Shown here: piece by piece, positions 26,964-37,544 of the stretch
Layout of the letters: each line of letters begins with the position of its first letter
Numbering within the stretch: the stretch's first letter is position 1
NCBI GenBank assembly: GCA_944391395.1
Contig: CALXTI010000006.1
Coordinates: 2,503-66,502, forward strand
Source: an uncultured Alphaproteobacteria bacterium
GTDB taxonomy: Bacteria > Pseudomonadota > Alphaproteobacteria > RF32 > CAG-239
Direction: 5' to 3'
DNA length: 64,000 nt
Made by a program: the position numbers and the translations under genes
The notes under the pieces: model-generated
What the model was told of the DNA's origin: nothing
Seen by the model: only the letters and a program-made list of their open reading frames with translations
The model's database searches: none

Positions 26964-28778
26964 ATGCACGGGCAAGGTGTAAAAAATTTTATTTTGAGCT
27001 TTTTGTTCTCTTTATTGGCCGTTGTCGGCGTCAATAAAGTGTTTACATCTGCGCCGGAAGATACCGCGACATCAGCAAAATCTCCGCTTAAAACACAAAG
27101 CATTTCTTTGTTTTCCGTGCCGGCGGACAGCCAAAAAAAGACGGTAAACAATACGATTGACGTTAGTGAAATCGACAAGTTGACCGCATCCGTTTTGAAC
27201 AACATTCCCGACACGGAAGAAGCTCCGGAAGTTGCCATCGGCAGTTTGCCGCCGCCCCCGCCGGATGCGACACAGCATGTTATCACCACCGCAGATTTGC
27301 CCGAGCTTACACCGACTTTGGAAAACACGGCCGATTTAATCAATTCTCAAGCCGAAATGAAAAAGAAATCAACGTCGGATTTGCCCAAAGCCGTAAAAAA
27401 CAAAGTCAACACCGATTTGGCCGCAGCACAGGAAATCGTTTTAGAAAAAGAAAACGTTATCACGGTGGCCAAGGTCGATAACGACTATGAAAAAAGCGGG
27501 ATTGTTTACGCCGATATCAGCGATACTTTTGAAACCGAAACAGCAGAGCCGGCAAAAGAAAGCAATGTTGTTTATGCTCCGGGAACGGATGACGACACTG
27601 CCCCAAAAGAAAAAATTCTTCTTGCCGAAAGCAAACCGGCACTGCCGGACATTAATAAGAGCAATGTTATAGAAGAAGGCGGCATACCGCTCACGGAAGG
27701 CAGTGAAACGCTCCATTCGCATATTAATGTTGCACAAAGTGCAAATGCGGCGCAAATTGCCATGCTTGAGCCGAACAATCTGGTCAGCACAATCGAAACG
27801 GACGATTTTACGGAAGAAAAAACCTTGGCCGAAGCCGATTTGAAACAAAACGAATGGACGCAGATGTCTGAACAAAGCGAAAACGACAGTCCCTGGGTGG
27901 TGGCAAAAGGAAATAAATTTGCAAAAAATCAGGCTGTGGTGGAATATTTTGCCGAAGAAGAACAAAAAGCGGAAGTGCGCGCAGCAGAAGACAATCTTGC
28001 ACAAAAGGCCGCAAAAAGCGATGAAAAGAAAGTTACCGAAGCCTTGAAACCGGAAGGAAAAGCCGAGAGCGAAAAGGAAACAAAGGTCGCGTATCAGATG
28101 ATTCAAAACCTGCTTATTCCCATTCCGGAAGACATTATGAACGATACAAACCTGACACCGCAGTTGACAGCATCTCCGGATGACAAAAAGGCGGACGACA
28201 CAGAAAAAGAGGCGGAGAAAAACGCCGCTAAAAAAACCGCCGTCGACGAGAGCAAGCTTAATGATGACGAAAAACAAAGCGGATTGTTCAAAAGCATCGC
28301 TTCTTGGTTTTCAAGCGATAAAGACGGCGAACAAAACGGTTCTCAGCCGACAACGAAAAAAACGGCAAAAAAGAAATCCGGCATAGATTTCTTCGGATTT
28401 GTGTCCGGTGACGACAACGGCCAAGGTACAACACAGATTTTGCCGGCAGAGCTTCGGCTTTCTTTCCAACCGAACCGCGCCGAGATATCCGGGCAGACAT
28501 TGCGTTGGATACACGCTTTTGCCGACAGCGCCCGCGATAACGATGATATGTATATCGAAATCCGGATTGACGGCACCAGCTCTTTTGCTTTGCAAAAAAA
28601 ACGCCTCAATTTGCTCAGCACCATTTTAGCCAATCGAGGCGTGGATTTCAGAAAAATAAATATTGTTTTCACTTCGCGTGAGCCAAATTCATTTATTATT
28701 AGGAACATTCGGTTTAACAATGATGAGGAGGTTGTGGTCAATCAAAACAGCAATAACGCCTATTATCGACCTTGGTAA
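26964..28778 (+). CDS. Membrane-anchored acidic low-complexity protein of 604 aa with a compact ~110-aa C-terminal domain. It is the first gene of the pilus operon and its function is unknown.
   Basis: The N-terminal TM helix is FILSFLFSLLAVVGV. A long E/K/D/T-rich region follows. The C-terminal domain is LRLSFQPNRAEISGQTLRWIHAF... Confidence 0.5.
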   Translation: MHGQGVKNFILSFLFSLLAVVGVNKVFTSAPEDTATSAKSPLKTQSISLFSVPADSQKKTVNNTIDVSEIDKLTASVLNNIPDTEEAPEVAIGSLPPPPPDATQHVITTADLPELTPTLENTADLINSQAEMKKKSTSDLPKAVKNKVNTDLAAAQEIVLEKENVITVAKVDNDYEKSGIVYADISDTFETETAEPAKESNVVYAPGTDDDTAPKEKILLAESKPALPDINKSNVIEEGGIPLTEGSETLHSHINVAQSANAAQIAMLEPNNLVSTIETDDFTEEKTLAEADLKQNEWTQMSEQSENDSPWVVAKGNKFAKNQAVVEYFAEEEQKAEVRAAEDNLAQKAAKSDEKKVTEALKPEGKAESEKETKVAYQMIQNLLIPIPEDIMNDTNLTPQLTASPDDKKADDTEKEAEKNAAKKTAVDESKLNDDEKQSGLFKSIASWFSSDKDGEQNGSQPTTKKTAKKKSGIDFFGFVSGDDNGQGTTQILPAELRLSFQPNRAEISGQTLRWIHAFADSARDNDDMYIEIRIDGTSSFALQKKRLNLLSTILANRGVDFRKINIVFTSREPNSFIIRNIRFNNDEEVVVNQNSNNAYYRPW

Positions 28779-28859
28779 TAAGTGTTTTGTTAAGCTTGAT
28801 TATTTAATTTGCAACCTATATGATTGGAAAATATTATGTGTGACAAAGGGGATTTGAAC

Positions 28860-29603
28860 ATGAATAAAAAACTATTTTTACTGGTCTGCTTAGCGGGCAT
28901 GGCAGGCTGCGCACACCAAAACTCCACATACACAGCGCCATGCACGGGGCCAAATTGTCCGGCTCGGGTTGTCGCCGCGGAGGATGTTGTGCTGCCGCCG
29001 GACGATTATATCTGCCAAACAACAAATGATCCGGAATTATGTCCGTCCGACCCGTTTGTCAATTATACCGGGACCGCTGCCGACTTCAGAGAATACGGCG
29101 AAAGAACGCCGCGTGATTCAATGATTTCGCAGGCAGGCGCCGGAAACAACCTTGCCGCATCCATTCCGCCATCAATCGAAGATGAAGTTATTGAATACGA
29201 AGAACAAATCAATCCGGAAGGGGATTTGACGGCAATCGCCGAAGAAACCGTCGAAGAAGATGTTTCCGAAACGGATGAGGACGGCGTAAGCGGCAACATA
29301 GAAGATGAAGAGGGCATGGAAGATATTGAAGATCCCGTCCAAGACTGGCTGGCCGAAGAAGGGCAAAATTTAAAGGCCTTGTTGACGGATTGGAGCGAAA
29401 AGTCAGGTTGGCGCCTGGTTTGGAACACAAACCGCAATTATGTTTTGAGCGCCGGCGCCATGTTCAGAGGACGCTTTGCCGATGTCAGCTCGGCTTTAAT
29501 CAGAGCTTTTGCCAGAGCGCGCCCGGCACCGATTGCAACGTTTTATAAAGGAAACCGTGTTTTAGTGGTTGAAACAATGGAGGATGAGAATGCGTATGAA
29601 TAA
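28860..29603 (+). CDS. pilL: PilL-like lipoprotein with a TcpQ-like C-terminal domain
   Basis: It has a lipoprotein signal MNKKLFLLVCLAGMAGC with a GGGGA RBS upstream. It has an acidic linker and a C-terminal GWRLVWNTNRNYVL... motif typical of the TcpQ/PilL family. The longer ORF in the track starts at 28824. Confidence 0.55.
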   Translation: MNKKLFLLVCLAGMAGCAHQNSTYTAPCTGPNCPARVVAAEDVVLPPDDYICQTTNDPELCPSDPFVNYTGTAADFREYGERTPRDSMISQAGAGNNLAASIPPSIEDEVIEYEEQINPEGDLTAIAEETVEEDVSETDEDGVSGNIEDEEGMEDIEDPVQDWLAEEGQNLKALLTDWSEKSGWRLVWNTNRNYVLSAGAMFRGRFADVSSALIRAFARARPAPIATFYKGNRVLVVETMEDENAYE

Positions 29604-31242
29604 AATTATCAATTTGGCTATTGGAACGACCGTAGCCGGGCTGATGGCAGCCTGCTCCGTTTCAACCGATTTGGACGCAACATTGGAGCGCGAGGTTGAA
29701 AACACGGTCGCGCTAAAAGAAGAGGCAAAAATGCCGACCACGCCCGCACCGACGGACGTTATCCGAGTAAAAGACGATATCTGGCTCGGCGATACCAGTG
29801 AGGTTGAATATGAAGGCGACCCCGTGCCGAGTTATCTGGAAGCTGCCGACGGTATCACCTTAATCAGCAACCGACCGATTACTTTGTTTGAAATCGGCGA
29901 TATGATTAATAAAATCACATCGTTGTCCGTTCGTTACGATCAGGAACTGGAAGACGATTCCAAAAGCCTGGCCGACGGCAACGCCCCGAGTTTGGAAACA
30001 ATCGGCGCCCAGTGGACGGACAGCACGAAAATGTTGGTTTCATACAAAGGTCCTTTGAGCGGACTTTTGGATGAAGTATCCAACCGTTTCGGCATTTGGT
30101 GGAAATATGAAAACAAACAAATTTATTTCTACAAATACATCACCAAAACCTTTGTATTGTACACTCTTCCGACCAAACCGACCTTATCGGTCAACGTCGG
30201 CGGTTCGTCCACCGAAGGTAGTGCCGGCTCTTCATCGGTATCTTTAACAAATACCGCCAATATTGATTTGTGGACCAACGTTGAGGCTTCCATCAAATCA
30301 ATGATCAGCGACGGCGCACAATTAACTATGGACCAATCCAACGGTACCATTACCTTAACCGGCACACCGACCGACATTCGCAAAGTGGCAAAATTTGTTA
30401 ACGAACAAAATGTCCGGCTTTCGCGCCAAGTCGCCATCAGCGTTAAGGTTCTGCAGGTATCGATTACCGACAGCGACCAATACGGCTTGAACTTGGGCGC
30501 CGTGTTTAACGGTACCAGAGCCGGCGGCGGTATCAGCGGTAGTCACATTACTGACTTGGGATTTGCCAGCCCTGGTAGCGGTTTGGGTGCTGAAATTACT
30601 GAAAACTTGTCAATGGCGATTGTTTCCGGTAGCTGGACGCTGCAAGGCGCTATTCAAGCTTTGTCTGAACAAGGTACGACCACGTTGGTTACCAGCGGTA
30701 CGGTAACGACCCTGAACAACAAGCCTGCGCCTATTCAAGTGGTTCGGACGCAGAATTATATTTCCGAAATCACCAAAACAAACTCCGGCAGCGACGGCAG
30801 TTATTATGACCTGTCAACGGAAACCGAGGAAATTGAAACAGGCTTTACGCTTGATGTTTTGCCGAGAATTTTGGAACACGGACGCTTAATGTTGATGTTT
30901 AACATGACGCTTTCGGACTTAATCGAATTGGAAAGAGTTGACTTGGGCGGTTCCGGTAGCGGTGAAGGTTCGGAAGAAATCAGCGGTCAATATATTCAAA
31001 ACCCGATTATCGAAACTCGCGGCTTTACGCAGGAAGTTGCGTTAAAATCCGGCGAAACATTGATTTTGAGCGGTTATGAACGTGTTGAAAACACCGCCAA
31101 CAAGTCAGGCGTCGGCTCGGCTGACAATTCTCTCTTGGGCGGCACGGCGACGGCTGAAAAAACCAGAAGTATTTTGGTGATTATGCTGACACCTGTCGTG
31201 TTAGACACGCCGTTGTCACCGGAATCAAGAATGACTTACTAA
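29569..31242 (+). CDS. pilN: Type IVb pilus secretin, a lipoprotein of the PilN/BfpB/TcpC type
   Basis: It has a lipobox (GLMAAC). The C-terminal secretin domain reads TLVTSGTVTTLNNKPAPIQVV...VLPRILEHGRLMLMFNMTLSDL. The probable start is the internal Met at about 29596. Confidence 0.8.
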   Translation: MKQWRMRMRMNKIINLAIGTTVAGLMAACSVSTDLDATLEREVENTVALKEEAKMPTTPAPTDVIRVKDDIWLGDTSEVEYEGDPVPSYLEAADGITLISNRPITLFEIGDMINKITSLSVRYDQELEDDSKSLADGNAPSLETIGAQWTDSTKMLVSYKGPLSGLLDEVSNRFGIWWKYENKQIYFYKYITKTFVLYTLPTKPTLSVNVGGSSTEGSAGSSSVSLTNTANIDLWTNVEASIKSMISDGAQLTMDQSNGTITLTGTPTDIRKVAKFVNEQNVRLSRQVAISVKVLQVSITDSDQYGLNLGAVFNGTRAGGGISGSHITDLGFASPGSGLGAEITENLSMAIVSGSWTLQGAIQALSEQGTTTLVTSGTVTTLNNKPAPIQVVRTQNYISEITKTNSGSDGSYYDLSTETEEIETGFTLDVLPRILEHGRLMLMFNMTLSDLIELERVDLGGSGSGEGSEEISGQYIQNPIIETRGFTQEVALKSGETLILSGYERVENTANKSGVGSADNSLLGGTATAEKTRSILVIMLTPVVLDTPLSPESRMTY

Positions 31243-31257
31243 CGGAAAGGAAAAACC

Positions 31258-32553
31258 GTGCTGGAAGATGCTAATTTAGATGAAAACTATTCCGGGGGAG
31301 AAAATAATTCCCCGGAAAGAGATGAAGCCAAAGCCTGGGGCACCAGCTTTAATATCGGCAGTGTGGCTTATGCTGCCAGCCTCTTCTGGCAGCCTTTGCA
31401 AAACCGGGATGATCCGTTTACGGAAATTATCGAGGCATCGGAAAATGTCTTGGAAGGGGCTGATTTATTCTGCCTAAAACCCGGAAAATCACCGCAATTC
31501 GGCCTTTGTGTTTCTTACCAAGGATATAAGAAAAAAATGCCGGCGGCGGCGGTTATGGTTGCAACGGCTTTATCCGACCGTTCGTCCTTTTTGGCGGTAT
31601 TCAAAGTAAACAACGGATGGTGGTATGTCTGCGCCAGAAACGATATCATCCTTTCCGACGGTGATATGCTGTTTTTGAATGAAGAAGATGCCAAAGAACA
31701 GTTTATGTCGATGTTGGCCGTTCCGGATTGGGGACGCAAAATCGCTCCGGCGGAATGGGGAATCGACGAAACCGAAGAAATGTCCCTTGAGGACATGGTC
31801 GACAAAGGCGCCACGGCTTATTTACAAAAAATACGCGCTTTGCGCGGTCCGAAACTGTTTGCCGTTGTGGCCGCCATTGCCGTTATCGCCATATGGCTGG
31901 TTTCGACATTAATCAATTCGATTTTCTTAGCACCGCCCAAAAAACCAATTATTGCACCGGTTCCGGTCAAAAAAATCGAACAGGCGCCACCACCGCCCGA
32001 ACCCAAACCCTGGGAAAGCATTCCTGATCCGCAGGCCATGCTGGATAAATGCTTTCAGGCAACTCAAGATGTGGTCAGCATTGTTGTCCCGGGATGGAAA
32101 ATAGAAGGCATCACCTGCACTTCAAGCGGTTTGGTGACTTCATGGAAACGTGAAATCGGGCGACTTTCATGGATGGATCACGCTCTTGATAATTCAGGCG
32201 TCACATTTTCCAGCCGGTCGATTTCCGACCGCGGCGACAGCGTCGTTGTTTCCGTCCCGATTACGGATGTGAAGACATTAAATTCTCCGCCGGAGAAAAA
32301 CGGGGTGGATTTGGTCAACATGCTTAACGATTTGTTCCAGGCTTTCCAGATGAATATAAATATGCGAACGGAATCTTGGACCTCTCCGCAAAAAAATGTC
32401 TATCGTTCGGTCAAGTTTACTTTCACATCCAATCATGATCCGAAACAATGGAAAGATTTGTTAATGAATTTTTCAGGACTTAAGATTAATACTATTAAAT
32501 ATGATATAAACAGCCATAACTGGTATTACGAAGGAGCGATATATGTATTATAA
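31258..32553 (+). CDS. Bitopic inner-membrane pilus-assembly protein, PilO/BfpC-like (431 aa)
   Basis: It has a central TM helix LFAVVAAIAVIAIWLVSTLI. It lies between the secretin and ATPase genes, as pilO does in R64/ICE pil operons. Confidence 0.4.
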   Translation: MLEDANLDENYSGGENNSPERDEAKAWGTSFNIGSVAYAASLFWQPLQNRDDPFTEIIEASENVLEGADLFCLKPGKSPQFGLCVSYQGYKKKMPAAAVMVATALSDRSSFLAVFKVNNGWWYVCARNDIILSDGDMLFLNEEDAKEQFMSMLAVPDWGRKIAPAEWGIDETEEMSLEDMVDKGATAYLQKIRALRGPKLFAVVAAIAVIAIWLVSTLINSIFLAPPKKPIIAPVPVKKIEQAPPPPEPKPWESIPDPQAMLDKCFQATQDVVSIVVPGWKIEGITCTSSGLVTSWKREIGRLSWMDHALDNSGVTFSSRSISDRGDSVVVSVPITDVKTLNSPPEKNGVDLVNMLNDLFQAFQMNINMRTESWTSPQKNVYRSVKFTFTSNHDPKQWKDLLMNFSGLKINTIKYDINSHNWYYEGAIYVL

Positions 32554-34075
32554 GCTTTTATATAAAAATTTACTCACTGCGGCTTTGGTTTCGTTTATCA
32601 CTTTAAATGCAGCCAAACCCTGTGAAGCTCAAGGCGTTGTCTCTCTGGTTGAAGACAATGAAACGGCTGCACCCGAAAATAATGCCAACGAGGCTGCATT
32701 GCCTTCGGCTGATTTGTCCATGGATACGGAATTGCCGAACACATTGCCGAACGACGATGTTATTCCTTTGGACAATGCCGCTTTGATTTCACCGGCACCG
32801 GCAACCGAAGCTCCGGCTCCGGTTCCGGCTCCTGCGGTACAACCGGCAACGGAAAATGCTGCTGCCGGCACAAATGCCGCACCGGCTCCGGATAGTTTTA
32901 ACCAGGACATGGATTTTTCTTTGGGCATTGAAAATGATGTTCCTGCCGCTCCCGCCGTCCAGCCCGGCGCCGCAAATACAACAAAAAACAATCCTTTAAT
33001 GGCTCCTGCCGCGGAACAAAAAGCACCGGCACCTAAAAGCATTGAGGAATACGGTGATGACGTATTGGCAAAAATTGACAATGATTTGTTCAGCCAAATG
33101 TCTGATATTGAAAAACAGACGACTTTGCTGACTTTGGAACTGCGGCGTGAAAAAATCCGCAATGAAATCGAAGCTATCAGAGCTCAACGCGAAAGAGCCG
33201 AAGAAGAAAAAATCGCAGCGGAAGAAGAAAAGAAACGCAAAGAGTTTGAGTGGAAAAAAGAACAAGAAGCAAAAGTGTTAAAAGAACAGCAGCTCTTGAA
33301 GGAAAAAGAAATAGAGTTGGAAAAGCTCAAACAAAAGAAAGTGTTAAATGCTTATATGAACCGCATGTTGGAAGAAAATCAGAAATGGATTGCCGAAAAC
33401 GCGGAAATCTATAAACAAATGCGCCAGGTTGAGGCCGACAGAAAATCTCTGGTCGAGAATTTCAAACAAAAACTTGAAGCGTTAAACACTTTGTCAAACA
33501 AAGCCATTCAGTCAGCCAACAACGCCAAAAGCAACCATGACCGCACATTGGCAAGTTTGACCGCGCAAAACATTCAGTTAAAGAAACGGATTGAAGCCGA
33601 AGCTCTGGCTGCCAAAAACCGTCAGGAGAACCCCTTCGGCAATGAAGGCGGTGAAGGCGGCAACAAAAATGCAGCCGTAACGACTTCCATTGACGCAAAA
33701 ATCGTTCCGATAAACATATCCAAAGAATACGCCATTATGGACATTACCGGTCAAGGTGATGACTTGGTGGCCAAACTGATTAACAAAGAAGGTGAATCTT
33801 TCTTGGCACGAAAAGGAACTATTTTACAAACCGGTCATGCCATTGAAGCCATTACGCCAAATTATATTCAATTTGATCGCAACGGCTTGAAAGATTATCT
33901 ATATACAAGCGGCAGTGCCATGACCATGGAACCGGAAAACATGGAAGGTACGGCCACGACAAACGCCAAAGCGCCAAGAAAACCGGCGGCTGCCGCAGCA
34001 CCTAAAAAAGCCTCAAGCGGAATCGCTTCCGAGCGCGGTGTTCCTTCTTTGGGAGCCGGTATGTTTGTGAAATAA
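32543..34075 (+). CDS. Secreted Ala/Pro-rich coiled-coil protein with a C-terminal PilP-like domain (510 aa)
   Basis: It has a signal peptide and a long charged K/E-rich coiled coil. The C-terminal segment AKIVPINISKEYAIMDITGQGDDLVAKLINKEGESFLARKGTIL resembles the PilP/GspC HR domain. Confidence 0.4.
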   Translation: MYYKLLYKNLLTAALVSFITLNAAKPCEAQGVVSLVEDNETAAPENNANEAALPSADLSMDTELPNTLPNDDVIPLDNAALISPAPATEAPAPVPAPAVQPATENAAAGTNAAPAPDSFNQDMDFSLGIENDVPAAPAVQPGAANTTKNNPLMAPAAEQKAPAPKSIEEYGDDVLAKIDNDLFSQMSDIEKQTTLLTLELRREKIRNEIEAIRAQRERAEEEKIAAEEEKKRKEFEWKKEQEAKVLKEQQLLKEKEIELEKLKQKKVLNAYMNRMLEENQKWIAENAEIYKQMRQVEADRKSLVENFKQKLEALNTLSNKAIQSANNAKSNHDRTLASLTAQNIQLKKRIEAEALAAKNRQENPFGNEGGEGGNKNAAVTTSIDAKIVPINISKEYAIMDITGQGDDLVAKLINKEGESFLARKGTILQTGHAIEAITPNYIQFDRNGLKDYLYTSGSAMTMEPENMEGTATTNAKAPRKPAAAAAPKKASSGIASERGVPSLGAGMFVK

Positions 34076-34090
34076 CAGGGTTGTCGAAAA

Positions 34091-35755
34091 ATGGCTACTC
34101 AGACAGAAAACAGCAAAGAAAATAAGACTGGAGGCTCTGCGCCTTCCGGTTCTTATTTGGCTGAAAGCGAAGCAGAACAGGGGAAAAAGAAAAACATACT
34201 GGAAGAATTGTTTGCCAATAACAATAGACTTCTGACTTTGCCCGGTTCCGACATTTCCATCAATGATGAAACAAGACGTCTGGTGGCTTTATTTTCCGAC
34301 GGCACTTACTTGGTGTCAAAAGATCATCGTTTTGACGGTCCGGTTTACAACTTCGAAAAAACCATTAAAAGAAGAAAAATTCCGATTAAAGCTCCGGAAT
34401 ATGTCAGTCAAAATGAGATTACCGCCATTTATGCTTTTGCCGAGCGCGGTTCGGGTGTGGCTAACGTCGACAGCGAAACCCACGATCAGATGCAGATGCA
34501 AATCGACTTTATTAATGTCATTGCCCGCGCTTCTGCACAAAAAGTTTCTGATATTCACGTTATTGTTGCGGATTCGGCAGTCATTATGTTCCGTGTCAAC
34601 GGCATGATGCAGCGACAAATGGAATATAACAAGGAATGGGGCGAAGCTTTTGTCCGCGCCGCGTTTGCTTCCGCCGATATTTCCGATTCAAACTATGCGC
34701 AAAATGAATTTCAGGGCGCACAAAAATTAGGCGCCACGCCATTGCGCGGTTCAAACGGCAAATTGATGCTGCCGCACAATGTGTTGGCCATTCGTTTGCA
34801 ATTCAACCCGATTGCGTTTGGTTCGCAATATCTGGTCATGCGTTTGTTGTACGCCGATGACAATCCGGACGGCAGTTCGGATTTAAAATCTTTGGGCTTT
34901 GGCGAACGGGAAGAAAACTTATTTTACCGTTTACGCGCCGTGCCGGTCGGATTGAATATCGTTGCGGGACCAACGGGTTCCGGCAAATCCACAACCTTGC
35001 AAAGAAACATGATTAAGCTCTTGCAAGAAAAAAATTATGAAATTAACTTAATTACGGTGGAAGATCCGCCGGAATACCCTATTCCGGGAGCGCGGCAAAT
35101 GCCGGTGACCAACGCCAACACCGAAGAGGAAAAAGAGGCCGAATTTACAAAAGCCTTGAACGCGGCTTTGCGTTCCGACCCGGACGTGATGATGGTTGGT
35201 GAGATTCGTTCGCTTTCCGCCGCCGAATTGACATTTAAAGGCGCATTGTCAGGCCACGGCGTATGGTCCACATTGCACGCCAACTCAGCACCGGCCATTA
35301 TTACCCGTTTGCGCGATATGGGTATTCAATCTTACATGTTGGGCGATCCGGAATTGATTAAAGGACTCATCTCGCAACGTCTGTTCCGCAAGCTTTGTCC
35401 TTATTGCCGGAAATCTATTAAAGAACGTATGAACGACCCTTCTTTTGAACGTTTAAAAACCGCGTTAGGCGATTTTGGCATTGAAAACACTTTCGTCCGC
35501 GGCGAAGGTTGCAAATATTGCGGTTATAAAGGTTTTAGCGGCCGTATGTCGGTGCCGGAAATTATTTTGCCGGACGCCATGTTCCTGCAGCTGATGATAA
35601 GCGGCGACACCAAACGCGCCATCGACTATTGGACCAGCGAACTGGACGGCCGGCCTTTGCGTGATGCGGCTTTGGAAAGAATGCTAAAAGGGTATATTGA
35701 TTTAGATGAAGTTGAACGCTGGTGCGGATTGCTTGATCAGCGTCCGGTTTACTAG
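34091..35755 (+). CDS. pilQ: Type IV pilus assembly ATPase of the GspE/PilB family (PilQ-like)
   Basis: Walker A is GPTGSGKSTT, and there is a tetracysteine CPYC...CKYCGYKG motif. It is 554 aa. Confidence 0.85.
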   Translation: MATQTENSKENKTGGSAPSGSYLAESEAEQGKKKNILEELFANNNRLLTLPGSDISINDETRRLVALFSDGTYLVSKDHRFDGPVYNFEKTIKRRKIPIKAPEYVSQNEITAIYAFAERGSGVANVDSETHDQMQMQIDFINVIARASAQKVSDIHVIVADSAVIMFRVNGMMQRQMEYNKEWGEAFVRAAFASADISDSNYAQNEFQGAQKLGATPLRGSNGKLMLPHNVLAIRLQFNPIAFGSQYLVMRLLYADDNPDGSSDLKSLGFGEREENLFYRLRAVPVGLNIVAGPTGSGKSTTLQRNMIKLLQEKNYEINLITVEDPPEYPIPGARQMPVTNANTEEEKEAEFTKALNAALRSDPDVMMVGEIRSLSAAELTFKGALSGHGVWSTLHANSAPAIITRLRDMGIQSYMLGDPELIKGLISQRLFRKLCPYCRKSIKERMNDPSFERLKTALGDFGIENTFVRGEGCKYCGYKGFSGRMSVPEIILPDAMFLQLMISGDTKRAIDYWTSELDGRPLRDAALERMLKGYIDLDEVERWCGLLDQRPVY

Positions 35756-35768
35756 GAGTTTGTAAATT

Positions 35769-36887
35769 ATGGCAGAAAAAAAACGAGCAACATCCTTTAA
35801 CAAAGCAATGCGTTCCTTAAACTCTATTGAAGTTTATTACGCAAAGATGATTTGTAATTTTTCCAATGAAACCAGATTGAAAATTTATCGTAAACTGGCC
35901 GCTTTGATGCGCAACCGATTTTCTTTGATGGATGCTTTGGATATGTTGCACGACGGTATCACCAACGGCGGTAAAAATCCAAGCGAGCCGATGGCCATCG
36001 CTCTTGCCAGCTGGGGACGCGCCTTGCAAAACGGTTTGCCTTTTTCCGATGCGCTTAAAGGATGGGCGCCGAGCCGCGAACGACTGATGCTTTCCGTGGG
36101 TGATGTTTCCGATTTGGAAAGTGCTTTGTTAAACCTGATTAAAGTAACCGAGGGTTCTACCAAAATGGTTCGCCCGATTATCGGCGCCATATCATATCCG
36201 TCATTTTTGTTTATGATGTCTATTGTCATTATTTGGGCTATCGGCGCTTACATGGTGCCGCCGATGATTGACGCTGCTCCGGATGTGCGTTGGGTCGGAA
36301 CCGCCCGTACATTGGTCGATATTTCCGACTGGATTAGGGTTAACTGGCTGGTCGCTTTTGTTTCTTTCCCGATTGTTATGCTTGTGGTTTATGTTACAAT
36401 CGGTATTTGGACCGGACCGATACGCGCCGCCATCGACAATATTCCGCCATGGTCGTTGTATAAGGTTTTTATCGGCATTACTTGGTTGCTGGCTTTGTCG
36501 GCTTTGGTGAAAGGCGGTGTGCCGGTTTCAACGGCTTTACAATCTTTGCGGCGAGATTCAAACGCTTATCTTAAAGAACGTATCGATAAAACGCTTGCTT
36601 TCATTAAAAACGGTGATAACCTCGGACAAGCTTTGATGAAAACCGGCTTGAATTTTCCGGATAAAGAAATCATTGCAGACTTAAAAATTTATTCGGAATT
36701 GGATAACTTTGAAGAAGCTCTGGAAAAACTTGCCGACGATTGGTTAGAAGAATCCGTTTACATGATTGAACAAAAAGCTTCTTTGTTAAACATGGCCGCT
36801 TTGCTGGCGGTGGCCGGCGTTATCGCCTGGGCGGTGTTCGGCGTGTTTGAAATGCAAGATCAAATCACCAGCGCCATGGGAGGTTAA
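35769..36887 (+). CDS. pilR: Pilus platform protein of the GspF/PilC family (PilR-like)
   Basis: It is a polytopic membrane protein of the size and layout expected for the GspF family. It lies immediately after the ATPase gene. Confidence 0.8.
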   Translation: MAEKKRATSFNKAMRSLNSIEVYYAKMICNFSNETRLKIYRKLAALMRNRFSLMDALDMLHDGITNGGKNPSEPMAIALASWGRALQNGLPFSDALKGWAPSRERLMLSVGDVSDLESALLNLIKVTEGSTKMVRPIIGAISYPSFLFMMSIVIIWAIGAYMVPPMIDAAPDVRWVGTARTLVDISDWIRVNWLVAFVSFPIVMLVVYVTIGIWTGPIRAAIDNIPPWSLYKVFIGITWLLALSALVKGGVPVSTALQSLRRDSNAYLKERIDKTLAFIKNGDNLGQALMKTGLNFPDKEIIADLKIYSELDNFEEALEKLADDWLEESVYMIEQKASLLNMAALLAVAGVIAWAVFGVFEMQDQITSAMGG

Positions 36888-36888
36888 A

Positions 36889-37482
36889 ATGCAAATCCGT
36901 TTGGCGGATAAATTAAAGCAAAGTTCCGCAATGCTCCTGAATTTTTATCATGGTAAATATTTTTGGAGCTTTGCGGCAACGTTGGTCATCTTGTCGGTCG
37001 TGGTTTTGTTTGTGTGTCTGCCGGGACAAGACACGCGTTTTAACGCCGCACATCAAGAGTTATCCGTTTTGGTAAAGAACATTCGCAATCATTATAAAGT
37101 TCGGCCTGATTATTGGGGTTTGAACACCTCTAATGCCATCAAAAACAACTTGGTGCCGGTAGATATGCAACATGATGATAAAATCATCAGCGCTATCGGT
37201 CGGGAAATTATTCTCGGGCAAGATATAAACGGCAGCATGGTCATGCCGGGACAACGCAACTTTATGATAACGATACCTAATTTAAGCAAAGCCGCCTGTA
37301 TAGAGATGATTTCCAGACCTTTCAGTCAAGAGGAGCATTTAGGGTTGTTGAAAGTATCTCTTTTGGCTGCGGACAATTTGCAAGAATTTGAATGGGGCGG
37401 TAAACTTTCTTTGCCCATAGAAAAAAAGACGGCAAAGGAGTTTTGCAAAAATCAAAACACTATCAGTTGGATATTTGAATAA
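36889..37482 (+). CDS. Candidate type IVb prepilin (PilS-like) or small membrane protein
   Basis: It has a GGGAGG RBS. A charged ~22-aa leader ends in Gly (..NFYHG) and is followed by the hydrophobic helix KYFWSFAATLVILSVVVLFV. It occupies the position of pilS after pilR. The in-frame ORF extends upstream to 36847. Confidence 0.3.
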   Translation: MQIRLADKLKQSSAMLLNFYHGKYFWSFAATLVILSVVVLFVCLPGQDTRFNAAHQELSVLVKNIRNHYKVRPDYWGLNTSNAIKNNLVPVDMQHDDKIISAIGREIILGQDINGSMVMPGQRNFMITIPNLSKAACIEMISRPFSQEEHLGLLKVSLLAADNLQEFEWGGKLSLPIEKKTAKEFCKNQNTISWIFE

Positions 37483-37501
37483 AAGAGTATCTCATAATCA
37501 T

Positions 37502-37530
37502 AAAAAAATCCGGATATTTCCGGATTTTTT
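37502..37530. terminator. Bidirectional intrinsic terminator between the pilS candidate (+) and pilT (-)
   Basis: The hairpin is A7-tccgga-tatt-tccgga-T6. Confidence 0.6.
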
Positions 37531-37544
37531 ATATTTCTTGCAAA

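Noticed and set aside
36847-36888. An upstream in-frame extension of the pilS-candidate ORF that overlaps pilR
   Set aside because: The ATG at 36889 with a GGGAGG RBS immediately after the pilR stop is a better start. I did not use the extension.
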